Shown: positions 1-8,755 of the stretch, piece by piece
Numbering within the stretch: the first letter of the stretch is position 1
Layout of the letters: each line of letters starts with the position of its first letter
Assembly (NCBI GenBank): GCA_048940645.1
Contig: JBHLOI010000050.1
Span: 1 to 23,785, forward strand
Reading direction: 5' to 3'
Length of the DNA: 23,785 nucleotides
From: Promethearchaeota archaeon
GTDB lineage: Archaea; Asgardarchaeota; Lokiarchaeia; Sigyniarchaeales; SOKP01
The notes under the pieces: model-generated
The model's input: only the letters and a program-made list of their open reading frames with translations
What the model was told of the DNA's origin: nothing
The model's database searches: none
Translations under genes and position numbers: made by a program

Positions 1-450
1 CATTATCGAATTCTTCCAGATTCTCATTATGGTTTAATATTACATGAAATCTCAGAGGAAGAGAGTAAATATAAATTGTGTAGGATTAATCAAAAAACAA
101 CGGTTAAGGGAGGCAATATTCAATTGAACTTACACGATGGGAGAAATATTGTTATTCAGGTGAAAGATCCCCAAAATCCTAAAGAAGACACGTATAAAAG
201 AATGGATGTTCTAAAAATTACAGTCCCAGAACAAGATATTGAGAAGGTATTAAGATTTAAAGAAGGAAATCTAGCTGTTATTATTTCTGGGAAAAATATT
301 GGACAAGTTGGAAAAATTATTAATATTTTAAAACGATTTGGTCCAAAAGCAAGTACAGTATCAATTCAGCATAATTCTGAACATACTGAAACTTTATATG
401 ATTATACATTTATTATTGGAGAAGATAATTCTGAAATTAGTTTACCTTAA
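1..450 (+). CDS. rps4e: 30S ribosomal protein S4e (eS4), 5'-truncated by window edge
   Basis: Frame is open from position 1 (HYRILPDSHYGLILHEISEEESKYKLCRI...). S4e motifs KTTVKGGNIQLNLHDGRN and KOW-like IISGKNIGQVGKI. Precedes L5 as in the archaeal spc operon. Confidence 0.97.
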   Translation, partial: HYRILPDSHYGLILHEISEEESKYKLCRINQKTTVKGGNIQLNLHDGRNIVIQVKDPQNPKEDTYKRMDVLKITVPEQDIEKVLRFKEGNLAVIISGKNIGQVGKIINILKRFGPKASTVSIQHNSEHTETLYDYTFIIGEDNSEISLP

Positions 451-474
451 TTTGAAAGTTAATCAAAGTAAGAA

Positions 475-1080
475 GTGATATTTAAGTTGTCAGTCAAAAC
501 TAAAAAAAAAACCCCAAAAGCACAAACAGAAGAATTCGATAATTTATGGAAAAATATTATGAAAAGACCCTTTCTTGAGAAGATTGTGTTAAATATTGGT
601 GTTGGTGCTGGTGGTGAAGAGTTAGAAAGAGCAGTAACAGTCTTAGAAACAATTTCCGGCAGAAAACCTATAAAAACCCTCTCAAAAAGAAATATAAAAG
701 AATTTAATTTAAGAAAAGGACGACCTATAGGAACTATGGTTACTATCAGAGGAAATGAGGCAGAAAAATTATTAAAAAGACTATTAATTGTAAATAATAA
801 CAAAATTCTTCGTAGGAGTTTTGATAATTATGGTAATTTTGGTTTTGGAATAACTGAGCATATATCGATACCAGGTATTGAATATGATAATTTAATAGGT
901 ATATGGGGTTTAGATGTTGTTGGAAGAATTATAAGACCTGGTATGAGGGTAAAATATCGAAGGAAAGCTCGAGCTAAGGTTCCAAAACACCACTATGTTT
1001 CTAGATTAGAAGCTCAATATTTTTTTGAAAAAAATTTTGGAGTGAATATTGTAGAAAAATTGGATTTAGAATTTATGTGA
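475..1080 (+). CDS. rpl5: 50S ribosomal protein L5 (uL5)
   Basis: EKIVLNIGVG, RKGRPIGTMVTIRG, SFDNYGNFGFGITEHI, GIWGLDV. True start may be TTG at 487. Confidence 0.97.
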   Translation: MIFKLSVKTKKKTPKAQTEEFDNLWKNIMKRPFLEKIVLNIGVGAGGEELERAVTVLETISGRKPIKTLSKRNIKEFNLRKGRPIGTMVTIRGNEAEKLLKRLLIVNNNKILRRSFDNYGNFGFGITEHISIPGIEYDNLIGIWGLDVVGRIIRPGMRVKYRRKARAKVPKHHYVSRLEAQYFFEKNFGVNIVEKLDLEFM

Positions 1081-1107
1081 GCTAATAAAATAAATTAATA
1101 AAAAAAG

Positions 1108-1263
1108 ATGATTCAGGTGCCACAAGGTAAAATTGGTAAGGGTCAAAGAACATGCAGAAGATGTGGAACTCATAGAGGATTAATAAGAAGGTATGGTTTA
1201 TATATTTGTAGACGATGTTTTTATGAAATAGGTAAAGATATTGGATTTCGGCGGTATGATTAA
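1108..1263 (+). CDS. rps14: 30S ribosomal protein S14 (uS14, zinc-binding type); absent from the supplied ORF track
   Basis: Translated by hand: MIQVPQGKIGKGQRTCRRCGTHRGLIRRYGLYICRRCFYEIGKDIGFRRYD* (CxxC...CxxC). Sits between L5 and S8. Alternative start GTG at 1117. Confidence 0.97.
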   Translation: MIQVPQGKIGKGQRTCRRCGTHRGLIRRYGLYICRRCFYEIGKDIGFRRYD

Positions 1264-1297
1264 AATATTTAATTAAATTTAAAAAATTCACAAAAAG

Positions 1298-1690
1298 GTG
1301 GAAAAATTGGTAAATACACTCGCAGATGCGATGAATATGATGCGTAATGCAGAAAGAGCAAGAAAGAAAGAAGTAATCCTAAGCCCAGCATCTCAATTAA
1401 TGCAAAAAATTCTATTAATTCTGCAAAAAAATGCTTATATTGGGGAATTCGAAAGATATGATGATGGACGCCAGGGAAAGTTTAGAGTTGCTCTATTAGG
1501 GAGAATAAATGAGGCAAAGGGACTGTTAAGGCTGAATTATAAGGTCTCCCAGTTCGAAATGATCGAAAGAAGACTTTTACCAGCACCAGGTTTAGGATTA
1601 ATAATTATGACTACTAATCAAGGCATAATGACAATGAAAGAAGCAGAAGAAAAAAATATAGGTGGTATGTCATTGTGTTATGTCTATTGA
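1298..1690 (+). CDS. rps8: 30S ribosomal protein S8 (uS8)
   Basis: NAERARK, YIGEFERYDDGRQGKFRVALLGRIN, LLPAPGLGLIIMTTNQGIMT, GG..LCYVY. Likely start TTG at 1307 after the GGTGG SD-like motif. Confidence 0.97.
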   Translation: MEKLVNTLADAMNMMRNAERARKKEVILSPASQLMQKILLILQKNAYIGEFERYDDGRQGKFRVALLGRINEAKGLLRLNYKVSQFEMIERRLLPAPGLGLIIMTTNQGIMTMKEAEEKNIGGMSLCYVY

Positions 1691-1712
1691 AAATGTATAA
1701 AGGTAATTAAAA

Positions 1713-2291
1713 ATGGTAAAAACAGCATTTTTTAAGCAAGAATTGGAGATTCCCAAAGGTGTAAAGGTCACTTTAGGTGGAGGACACCATATAACAGTAA
1801 ATGGACCGAATGGAGAAATAACAAAAGATTTTTCTCATATAAGAGGAGTTAAAGTTTCAATTGAAGGAAATACTATTATCTTTTCATGTAATTTCCCTAA
1901 AAGCGGTACACTTGCGCTAACTAACACAATATATAACTTAATTAAAAATCTAATTATTGGTGTTCAAAAAAATTATAAATATTACTGTAAAATTGCTTAT
2001 TCTCACTTTCCTTTTACTGCAGAAGTGAAGTCAAATAAAAAAGAAGTACATGTCATCAACTTTTTAGGAGAAAGAGCTCCAAGAATATCAAAGTTTTTAG
2101 ATAATGTAGAAGTAAAGGTTGAGGGAGAAGATATTATCCTAATTGGACCCGATAAAGAAAAGTTAGGACAAACTGCTGCGAATCTTAAAAGATGCTGCAG
2201 AATTAGAAAGAAAGATCCTCGAGTATTTCAAGATGGTATCTATCTTTTTAAAAAAGAAGTTGGAGATGAAATTCTCTGGCAAATTAAATAA
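1713..2291 (+). CDS. rpl6: 50S ribosomal protein L6 (uL6)
   Basis: IPKGVKV, YSHFPF, NFLGERAPR, GQTAANL, KDPRVFQDGIY. Confidence 0.97.
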   Translation: MVKTAFFKQELEIPKGVKVTLGGGHHITVNGPNGEITKDFSHIRGVKVSIEGNTIIFSCNFPKSGTLALTNTIYNLIKNLIIGVQKNYKYYCKIAYSHFPFTAEVKSNKKEVHVINFLGERAPRISKFLDNVEVKVEGEDIILIGPDKEKLGQTAANLKRCCRIRKKDPRVFQDGIYLFKKEVGDEILWQIK

Positions 2292-2306
2292 TATGGAGAA
2301 ATAATA

Positions 2307-2786
2307 ATGCAACCTAAAAAATTATTACAACTTAGACAAAAATTAAAGAAAAAGAAACCTTCATTCAGACGAGTAGAGTCATGGAGATATAAAAGAGTTA
2401 AAGATTCATGGAGAAAAGCCAGAGGTATTGATTCACAAACAAGGAAAAAGAAAAAAAGTGGAGTTAAATCTCCAACGATAGGTTATAGGAGCCCTAAAAA
2501 AATTAGGGGATTACATCCATCAGGATTTGAAGAAGTAAGAATTTTTACATTAAATGATTTTAAAGGATTAAGTAATAAGAAACATGCTATTAAAGTTTCA
2601 GGAAGAGTAGGTGCCAAAAAAAGAATTACACTAGTTGATTATGCCCAAAATAGGGGATTTAAAGTACTTAATTTAGGAATATCCCAAAAAGAATTAGAAA
2701 GTTTAGAATCAATGATAGAAACATCTCTTGAAGAAGAGGAATACCTTGATTTAGAAGATCTAGAAGAATCATTAGATGAAGAATAA
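2307..2786 (+). CDS. rpl32e: 50S ribosomal protein L32e with acidic C-terminal tail
   Basis: KPSFRRVESWRYKRVKDSWRKARGIDS, GYRSPKKIRGLHPSGFEEV, VGAKKR. Confidence 0.97.
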   Translation: MQPKKLLQLRQKLKKKKPSFRRVESWRYKRVKDSWRKARGIDSQTRKKKKSGVKSPTIGYRSPKKIRGLHPSGFEEVRIFTLNDFKGLSNKKHAIKVSGRVGAKKRITLVDYAQNRGFKVLNLGISQKELESLESMIETSLEEEEYLDLEDLEESLDEE

Positions 2787-2807
2787 ATATAATTTTGGTG
2801 AGAAATT

Positions 2808-3263
2808 ATGAGTCTAAAAGCCCAAAAAAGAATGGCAGCAGAAATACTTAAATGTGGTGAAAATCGGGTCTATTTTGATCCTTATTTGATTGATGAGATT
2901 CAATTAGCTATAACTAGAGAAGATATAAGGAGTTTAATTAAAGAAGGTATAATAAGAAAAAAATATAAAAAAGGAATTTCAAAATATAGGAAAAATTTAC
3001 ATCATCAGAAGAAGAAAAAAGGAAGGGCTAGGGGTTTAGGAAAGAGAAAAGGGACTAAGTATGCCAGAAATCCAAAGAAAAAAGCCTGGATGAAGAGGAT
3101 TCGTCCTCAAAGAAGAGAATTAAAAAAATTAAGAGATCGAAAATTAATTACAGCTGCGATCTATCGAAAGTTATATAAAAATGCTAAAGGAGGAATGTTT
3201 AACAGCGTTGCTCAAATGAATCGGTACATTAGAGAGAAAGAATTATTAAGAAGAGGTAGATAA
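2808..3263 (+). CDS. rpl19e: 50S ribosomal protein L19e
   Basis: LKAQKRMAAEILKCGENRVYFDP, AITREDIRSLI, GKRKGTKYAR, YRKLYKNAKGGMF. GGTGA SD upstream. Confidence 0.97.
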   Translation: MSLKAQKRMAAEILKCGENRVYFDPYLIDEIQLAITREDIRSLIKEGIIRKKYKKGISKYRKNLHHQKKKKGRARGLGKRKGTKYARNPKKKAWMKRIRPQRRELKKLRDRKLITAAIYRKLYKNAKGGMFNSVAQMNRYIREKELLRRGR

Positions 3264-3265
3264 TA

Positions 3266-3859
3266 TTGGCTAAAGGACCAAAATATAGAAGAGCTTTTAG
3301 GAGAAGAGAAGATGGCAAAACAGATTATCATAGGAGATTAAAATTACTTAAATCAAAAAAATTAAGAATAGTAGTAAGAGCATCAAATAACCATATTATT
3401 GTTCAACTTATTCAATCTAAAATTGGAGGAGATAAAGTTTTATCTTCTGCATTTTCTAAAGAATTAAAAGATAAATTTGGCTGGAAAGCAAGTACAGGAA
3501 ATATTCCTGCTGCGTATTTAACGGGATATCTCGCAGGCTTAAGAACTAAGAAAAGAGATATTTCAAAAGCAATACTTGATTTAGGAATCTTTCTTCATCG
3601 TAATAGACTACTTGCGGCTTCTAAAGGGATAATAGATGCTGGTTTAGAAGTTCCATATAATGAAAAATTCTTTCCAGAGAACTTGGAAGAAAGAATCAAG
3701 GGTGAACATATCGAAAAGTATGCTAATATTTTGAAAAATGAAGATCCTGAAAAATATGAGAAAATATTTTCAGGTTATTTAAATAAGGAAAATCTAAATC
3801 CATTAAAAATTAGTCAAATGTTTTCCTCTACATTGAAAGCAATTGAAAATAGTGTTTAA
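3266..3859 (+). CDS. rpl18: 50S ribosomal protein L18 (uL18)
   Basis: MAKGPKYR..RRREDGKTDYHRRLKLL, GNIPAAYLTGYLAG, RIKGEHI. TTG start. Confidence 0.97.
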   Translation: MAKGPKYRRAFRRREDGKTDYHRRLKLLKSKKLRIVVRASNNHIIVQLIQSKIGGDKVLSSAFSKELKDKFGWKASTGNIPAAYLTGYLAGLRTKKRDISKAILDLGIFLHRNRLLAASKGIIDAGLEVPYNEKFFPENLEERIKGEHIEKYANILKNEDPEKYEKIFSGYLNKENLNPLKISQMFSSTLKAIENSV

Positions 3860-3873
3860 ATTAGTGAACTAAT

Positions 3874-4488
3874 ATGAGTCGATTAAGAAATATTGAAGAA
3901 TCATGGGTTCCAAGGACGCGCCTTGGTGAGCTTGTTAAGCAGGGATTGATTACTCTAGATAAAATATTTGCAAATAATCTTGTTGTTAAAGAGAAAGAAA
4001 TAATAGATGTTCTTCTCCCACAATTACGTGAAGATGTTGTAAAAATAGCTATGGTTCAGCAAATGAGTGCTAGTGGTCAAAGATCTAAATTCAAAGCAGT
4101 GGTGCTTGTGGGTGCCGAAGGATTTATAGGAGTAGGGGCAGCTAAGAGTCGTGAAGTAGGTCCTGCGATAAGAAAGGCAATTGGTAAAGCTAAACTATCT
4201 GTTATTCCTATTCTTCGAGGATGTGGTAGTAAGGAATGTGGATGTGGAGGTACTCATAGCATTCCATTTAAAATAAATGGCAAATGTGGTTCAGTCAGAA
4301 TCCAACTTATTCCTGCTCCAGCAGGAGTAGGATTAGCATGTGCAGATAAGGTAAAACAATTATTACGATTAGCTGGTATTGAAGATATATGGAGTAAAAC
4401 GTTTGGTGATACTAGGACAAGTGAAAATTTAGTTAAAGCTACATTTAATGCCCTAAAAAATGCTCATAAATTTAGTTTTAATTTATAA
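3874..4488 (+). CDS. rps5: 30S ribosomal protein S5 (uS5)
   Basis: WVPRTRLGELVK, RGCGSKECGCGGTHSIPFK, LIPAPAGVGL, GIEDIWSKTFGDTRT. Confidence 0.97.
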   Translation: MSRLRNIEESWVPRTRLGELVKQGLITLDKIFANNLVVKEKEIIDVLLPQLREDVVKIAMVQQMSASGQRSKFKAVVLVGAEGFIGVGAAKSREVGPAIRKAIGKAKLSVIPILRGCGSKECGCGGTHSIPFKINGKCGSVRIQLIPAPAGVGLACADKVKQLLRLAGIEDIWSKTFGDTRTSENLVKATFNALKNAHKFSFNL

Positions 4489-4495
4489 ATAATAA

Positions 4496-5041
4496 GTGGT
4501 TAATATGATGGCTAAAAATGAGTCAATTACAAAAAAAAAACCGAAAATTAAAGAATCGCGTCCTCCAGTATTAATTTTTGCTATTAGAATAAGAGGCGCT
4601 CCTGGAATGAGAAGAACTATTCTTAATACTCTGCAAATGCTAAGAATGCATAAAGTAAATCATGGTGTTCTTATTTGGGGAGAAAAAAGTTATATGGGAA
4701 TGCTTAATAAATGTAAAGATTATATCTCTTATGGGGAAATTGATGAAAGAACACTAATCAGACTTTTGAGAGTAAGAGGGAGAATAGAAGGAAATAAACC
4801 ACTAACAGATGAGCATATTGAGAATTTGACAAAATATAAAAATATTAAAGAAATTGCTAAAGCTTTATTGAAGGGTGAGATACAATATAAGACCAAAGAT
4901 ATAAATAAAATTAAACCTGTATTTCGATTGCATCCTCCCCGAAAAGGTTATCGAGGTTCTATCAAGAAACATTATGGAGAAGGCGGCACTTTGGGATATG
5001 TTCGAAATTTTATAAATGAATTAATACATAAGATGATTTAA
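4496..5041 (+). CDS. rpl30: 50S ribosomal protein L30 (uL30, long archaeal form)
   Basis: AIRIRG, TLQMLRMHKVNHGV, KDYISYGEID, KPVFRLHPPRKGY, GGTLGY. Start probably ATG at 4505 or 4508. Confidence 0.96.
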   Translation: MVNMMAKNESITKKKPKIKESRPPVLIFAIRIRGAPGMRRTILNTLQMLRMHKVNHGVLIWGEKSYMGMLNKCKDYISYGEIDERTLIRLLRVRGRIEGNKPLTDEHIENLTKYKNIKEIAKALLKGEIQYKTKDINKIKPVFRLHPPRKGYRGSIKKHYGEGGTLGYVRNFINELIHKMI

Positions 5042-5061
5042 AGATTAATGGTGCGATAAAT

Positions 5062-5541
5062 ATGAGAAAATTTTCAAAAAAAATAAGAAAAAAGAGAGGA
5101 ACTCGAACATGTGGCTACGGTAGAGTAGGGCAACACCGTAAAACTGGACAAAGAGCAGGTCGCGGGAAAACTACTCAATGGAAAAAAAGCAAAAAGACTT
5201 ATTATCTTAAACAAAAAGAATTGGGTTTTCCCGATCCTGATTGGAATATGGGCAAAAAAGGTTTCAAAAGACCCCAAGATATATCACGCATTTATAAAAC
5301 TAATACTATAAACATAAAAGATTTAGATCAAAATATTGATAAATTTGTACTAGAAAATATTGCATCTAAAACTGGAAATACCTATATTATTAATTTAAAT
5401 GATATTAATATTCAAAAAATATTAGGTCGCGGAGAAATTAACAAAAAAATTAAGGTATCTGTCAAAAGAGCCTCAAAACAAGCCATGAAAAAAGTTGAGG
5501 CTGCTGGGGGTAAAATAACACTCCTAATTGAAACAGAGTAG
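5062..5541 (+). CDS. rpl15: 50S ribosomal protein L15 (uL15)
   Basis: RKKRGTRTCGYGRVGQHRKTGQRAGRG, GKKGFKRP, KILGRG, KVEAAGG. Confidence 0.97.
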   Translation: MRKFSKKIRKKRGTRTCGYGRVGQHRKTGQRAGRGKTTQWKKSKKTYYLKQKELGFPDPDWNMGKKGFKRPQDISRIYKTNTINIKDLDQNIDKFVLENIASKTGNTYIINLNDINIQKILGRGEINKKIKVSVKRASKQAMKKVEAAGGKITLLIETE

Positions 5542-5595
5542 TATTTTTTCCTTTATTATATAAAATTTACGTGATTACTTAGTTTAATTTAATCT

Positions 5596-6261
5596 CTAAT
5601 CTAATAATTTATAAATTAAACTAATTAATCCAGGTAAAATAAATATAAAACCAAGAGTATTTCCTATCAAATGTGCCAAAGTAAAAGGAATTCCAGAAAT
5701 GTATGATAATATGAGAGGCTCAATGTTAAATCCATAGTTTATAAGGGATCCTATCAAAGTGCTTATAATATCAAACATAAGGGTGATTAATAATCCAATA
5801 AATCCAAAAAGAATCATTAATCGAAGTGTATATAAATCCTCTTTTGGTTTAAAAGAATCTTTTTTTTTTAAAAAATTCTGCATGACACCCCCTAAAAATC
5901 CGGTTAAAGAATAATGAGTGATCTGATATGTAAAAAGAGGTAGTTGTGAAGTTCCCCAAGGATTAAAAAATACAAATATAAAAGAACTTAAAAGACCAAT
6001 AATTAGACCATCTTTTTTACCTAAAATGAACCCTCCTAGAAAAATCATCAATGTGAATAATTCAATATTTGGAATGGTTATTAATGCATACCCTAGAGCT
6101 ACTGCTAATCCTGAAAAAGTACTAATCAAAGCAATTCGAAATGTTTTCTTTTCCAACCAAATTGAGCCATTGTAGTTTTCTATTTTATCTTTTTTAATAA
6201 CCTCTTTACAATTTGAAGGTTTTTCAGCATCAATTCCATTAAGTCTAATTTTAGTTTCCAT
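5596..6261 (-). CDS. ECF transporter S component, CbrT (cobalamin)-like
   Basis: About six hydrophobic segments and an S-component-type N-terminus (IALISTFSGLAVALGY..IPNIELFTLMIFLGGFILG..G..IG). The IPN.E/Q..T motif resembles CbrT. A DUF4430 gene lies nearby. Substrate is inferred. Confidence 0.75.
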   Translation of the reverse strand: METKIRLNGIDAEKPSNCKEVIKKDKIENYNGSIWLEKKTFRIALISTFSGLAVALGYALITIPNIELFTLMIFLGGFILGKKDGLIIGLLSSFIFVFFNPWGTSQLPLFTYQITHYSLTGFLGGVMQNFLKKKDSFKPKEDLYTLRLMILFGFIGLLITLMFDIISTLIGSLINYGFNIEPLILSYISGIPFTLAHLIGNTLGFIFILPGLISLIYKLLD

Positions 6262-6400
6262 AATTATTGTTGCATTAGTTGGTAAGATATCCTAATTTAA
6301 AAATACTCTCATATTATAAAAATTTATTGTAAAAAGTTAAATAGTACCAAAAATTTTTTTAAGAATAATAAAAAAATATAGGATAGATTTCCTAGATTCA

Positions 6401-7792
6401 ATGATGAAAAATAAAAAAATCTCAATAGGGTTTATAACATTTTTTATGATTTTTCAAGGATTAATCTTTGTTTCTATTCAGAATGTAAAAGGAAATGGAA
6501 TAATACCACCGCAATATTCTGAAGAATTAGACTTAAATTTTGAATATATATATAATATTTTAGATTTTGGCGAAGCCTCGAATTGGATTAATTTTTCAGG
6601 TAATTCTGAAGGGCAATGGTCGACTAATATAGGCGATCAGATAAGGATTAATATTACTGGTTTTTATAATCGAGATCCAAATGATATAATAGGAGATATC
6701 TTTTCTGATACAGATATGCCTTGGTTTAATATTGAAATATTTAAAGATACAAATCTAAATTTTACTCTTTTCAATGTTTCTAATAGTGAACTAGCGAGAA
6801 ATTTAAAGTTAGGATTTTCTGGATTTCAATCAGGATTTCTAATCCCAATTGATCAAACAGAAACGATAAAAGCTAATGCAACTTTAGAGGCCAATGGAGC
6901 ATCATACTTGACTGCAGATCTTACAATCGAAGAAACTAATAATTTCTTATATTTTAGATTTGATCAATTTGGTGAAACTCACAACCAAAAAACAGAATTA
7001 ATTTATGACAAGAAAACGGGATTATTAGTAAAAGCTAATACAACTTTAGGAGAATTTAAACTTGCTTTATTCTTAACGAATTATAATTTAGACATTGAAA
7101 CTGAATATAAGTATAATGTTAACACTTTTGAACCTTTAGGGTGGGCAATTTGGACTGATTTATGGGGAAATTATAAAGATATATATGCTACCGGTTCAGA
7201 GCGCGGATGGATATTAGTTAACTTTACAGGATTTTATCATCGAGATCCTTTACTATGGGATCCAGATCCTTTTAAATACGCAGATGGAAGACCATGGTTA
7301 GATATTAAAGTCGTCTACCAGGGTGATGTTAGGACAGATATCACTATGCAAATGAATAATATTTCAGATTCAGAATGTGCTAATAACTTATTAATCTCCT
7401 TTCCTGGATTTTTATCTGGATTCCTATTACCCATAGTAAATAATGAGACTTATGATATTAAGGCAGAAGTTATAGCAGCTTCATGGTTTACAGTTGATCG
7501 AGAATTTACATACGAGGAGACTGATCTAACAATTGATATGTATTTTAAATGCGGGGGGTCTTTTCCGCAAGAGACAAGGCTAATTTATGAAAAAATAACC
7601 GGTCTATTATTATATGTAGATACAACGGGACAAAATTACCATCTTGAAATGAATATTGAAAATTATGAACCAGATCAAAATGGTGTTGATACACCTTCGG
7701 AAATACCTTCATTCTCTTTGATTGTTATAGTGAGTATAGTTTTAATGACAATATTAATAATCATTAAAATCAATAAAAAAAAGATGAAATAA
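6401..7792 (+). CDS. Secreted/surface protein with two tandem ~185-aa homologous domains and C-terminal IPSF-TM-basic (Loki-CTERM/PGF-CTERM-like) anchor
   Basis: N-terminal KNKK + hydrophobic signal. Repeated motifs TGFYxRDP, PWxxI, SGFLxPI, EET, TxLIYxKxTGLL. C-terminus EIPSFSLIVIVSIVLMTILIIIKINKKKMK. Many NxS/T sequons. Confidence 0.8.
   Translation: MMKNKKISIGFITFFMIFQGLIFVSIQNVKGNGIIPPQYSEELDLNFEYIYNILDFGEASNWINFSGNSEGQWSTNIGDQIRINITGFYNRDPNDIIGDIFSDTDMPWFNIEIFKDTNLNFTLFNVSNSELARNLKLGFSGFQSGFLIPIDQTETIKANATLEANGASYLTADLTIEETNNFLYFRFDQFGETHNQKTELIYDKKTGLLVKANTTLGEFKLALFLTNYNLDIETEYKYNVNTFEPLGWAIWTDLWGNYKDIYATGSERGWILVNFTGFYHRDPLLWDPDPFKYADGRPWLDIKVVYQGDVRTDITMQMNNISDSECANNLLISFPGFLSGFLLPIVNNETYDIKAEVIAASWFTVDREFTYEETDLTIDMYFKCGGSFPQETRLIYEKITGLLLYVDTTGQNYHLEMNIENYEPDQNGVDTPSEIPSFSLIVIVSIVLMTILIIIKINKKKMK
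6539..7666 (+). repeat. Intragenic protein-level tandem duplication (unit 1 ~6539-7084, unit 2 ~7100-7666)
   Basis: EYIYNI/EYKYNV; INITGFYNRDP/VNFTGFYHRDP; MPWFNI/RPWLDI; NVSNSELARNL/NISDSECANNL; FSGFQSGFLIPI/FPGFLSGFLLPI; QKTELIYDKKTGLL/QETRLIYEKITGLL. Confidence 0.9.
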
Positions 7793-7838
7793 TTGAAATT
7801 ATATAAAAAAATTACATTTTTATTTCATGGTAATATAA

Positions 7839-8264
7839 ATGAAAAAAAACCTTAAATATGCGATTATTACTCTAATTGGAATTTCAAGTTTCACAGTTTT
7901 AATCTTATATAGCTTTGGTTTCTTCCCATTTTTAAATCTAAATCAAGGTGGATACAATACTGGTAGAGATACAGCTTTACCGGAAGTTTTCAATATTAGT
8001 CTAACTGTAGAATATGTTACTCAACCTAATCAGACATGGGAAAATATTTCCTTATATAATTATGAGACAACTGTATTAGATGCACTACAAGAAAAATGTA
8101 GTGTAGAATTATCCTACTTTAGTAATGGAGCTTTAGTTATAGGGATTAATGGCGTTAATGGGGATTGGATTTATTATGTTAATGATATGTTTGCTGGAGT
8201 TGGAGCAGCAGATTATTATTTGAATCATGGGGATAAAATTTACTGGAAACATGTAAATATATAA
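7839..8264 (+). CDS. Membrane-anchored DUF4430 (transcobalamin C-terminal-like) protein
   Basis: N-terminal TM. TTVLDAL...GALVIGING...WIYYVND.FAGVGAADYYLNHGDKIYW matches the DUF4430 pattern. Confidence 0.85.
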   Translation: MKKNLKYAIITLIGISSFTVLILYSFGFFPFLNLNQGGYNTGRDTALPEVFNISLTVEYVTQPNQTWENISLYNYETTVLDALQEKCSVELSYFSNGALVIGINGVNGDWIYYVNDMFAGVGAADYYLNHGDKIYWKHVNI

Positions 8265-8302
8265 TAAGATTTAAAAATTCTTTTACAAAATTAGGTCTAT
8301 TA

Positions 8303-8725
8303 TTATTTAGTTTCAATTTTCTTTAGAACAGGCTCCATTTCTTTAAAAGATTTGCGAATTTTATGGAAGTAATAACCTAATTTATAACCTTTTTTACAAT
8401 TCGTAAAAAGCATAAAATTGTTTTCAGCATCACCAACAATAATAATTGTGTATCCTTTTACACCTCTAATCACGATTTCTCTTAATTCACCTTGTCCAAG
8501 TCCGCTACTTATTTTTTCCCCTAAGGAAATTAAAGTTGCAGGACTTGCGCTATATACATCAGCAACAATATCAGCAGTTTCAGAACTAGCAATTCTCAAT
8601 CCTGTTTTTGATACTAATGCAGTTCCTTCAAGGTCTGTCGAACTCTCTAATTGTTCTAAATTACGCATTAACTCATCTAGAATTTCTTGATCGATATGAA
8701 TTTCAGAAGCATGATTTCCTTCCAT
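8303..8725 (-). CDS. Roadblock/LC7 (MglB-like) domain protein
   Basis: LEGTALVSKTGLRIAS...SASPATLISLGEKISSGLGQGELREIVIRGVKGYTII...KLG is a typical roadblock pattern. GAGGTAG SD upstream. Confidence 0.9.
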   Translation of the reverse strand: MEGNHASEIHIDQEILDELMRNLEQLESSTDLEGTALVSKTGLRIASSETADIVADVYSASPATLISLGEKISSGLGQGELREIVIRGVKGYTIIIVGDAENNFMLFTNCKKGYKLGYYFHKIRKSFKEMEPVLKKIETK

Positions 8726-8755
8726 TATTACTACCTCAGTTAATAATAATATAAA

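Noticed and set aside
459-1291. Minus-strand ORFs 459-803 and 1082-1291
   Set aside because: Antisense shadows of L5 and of S14, which is the real gene at 1108-1263.
6262-6400. Cobalamin riboswitch upstream of the ECF/DUF4430 genes
   Set aside because: The spacer is short and extremely AT-rich, with no B12-box or GC stems.
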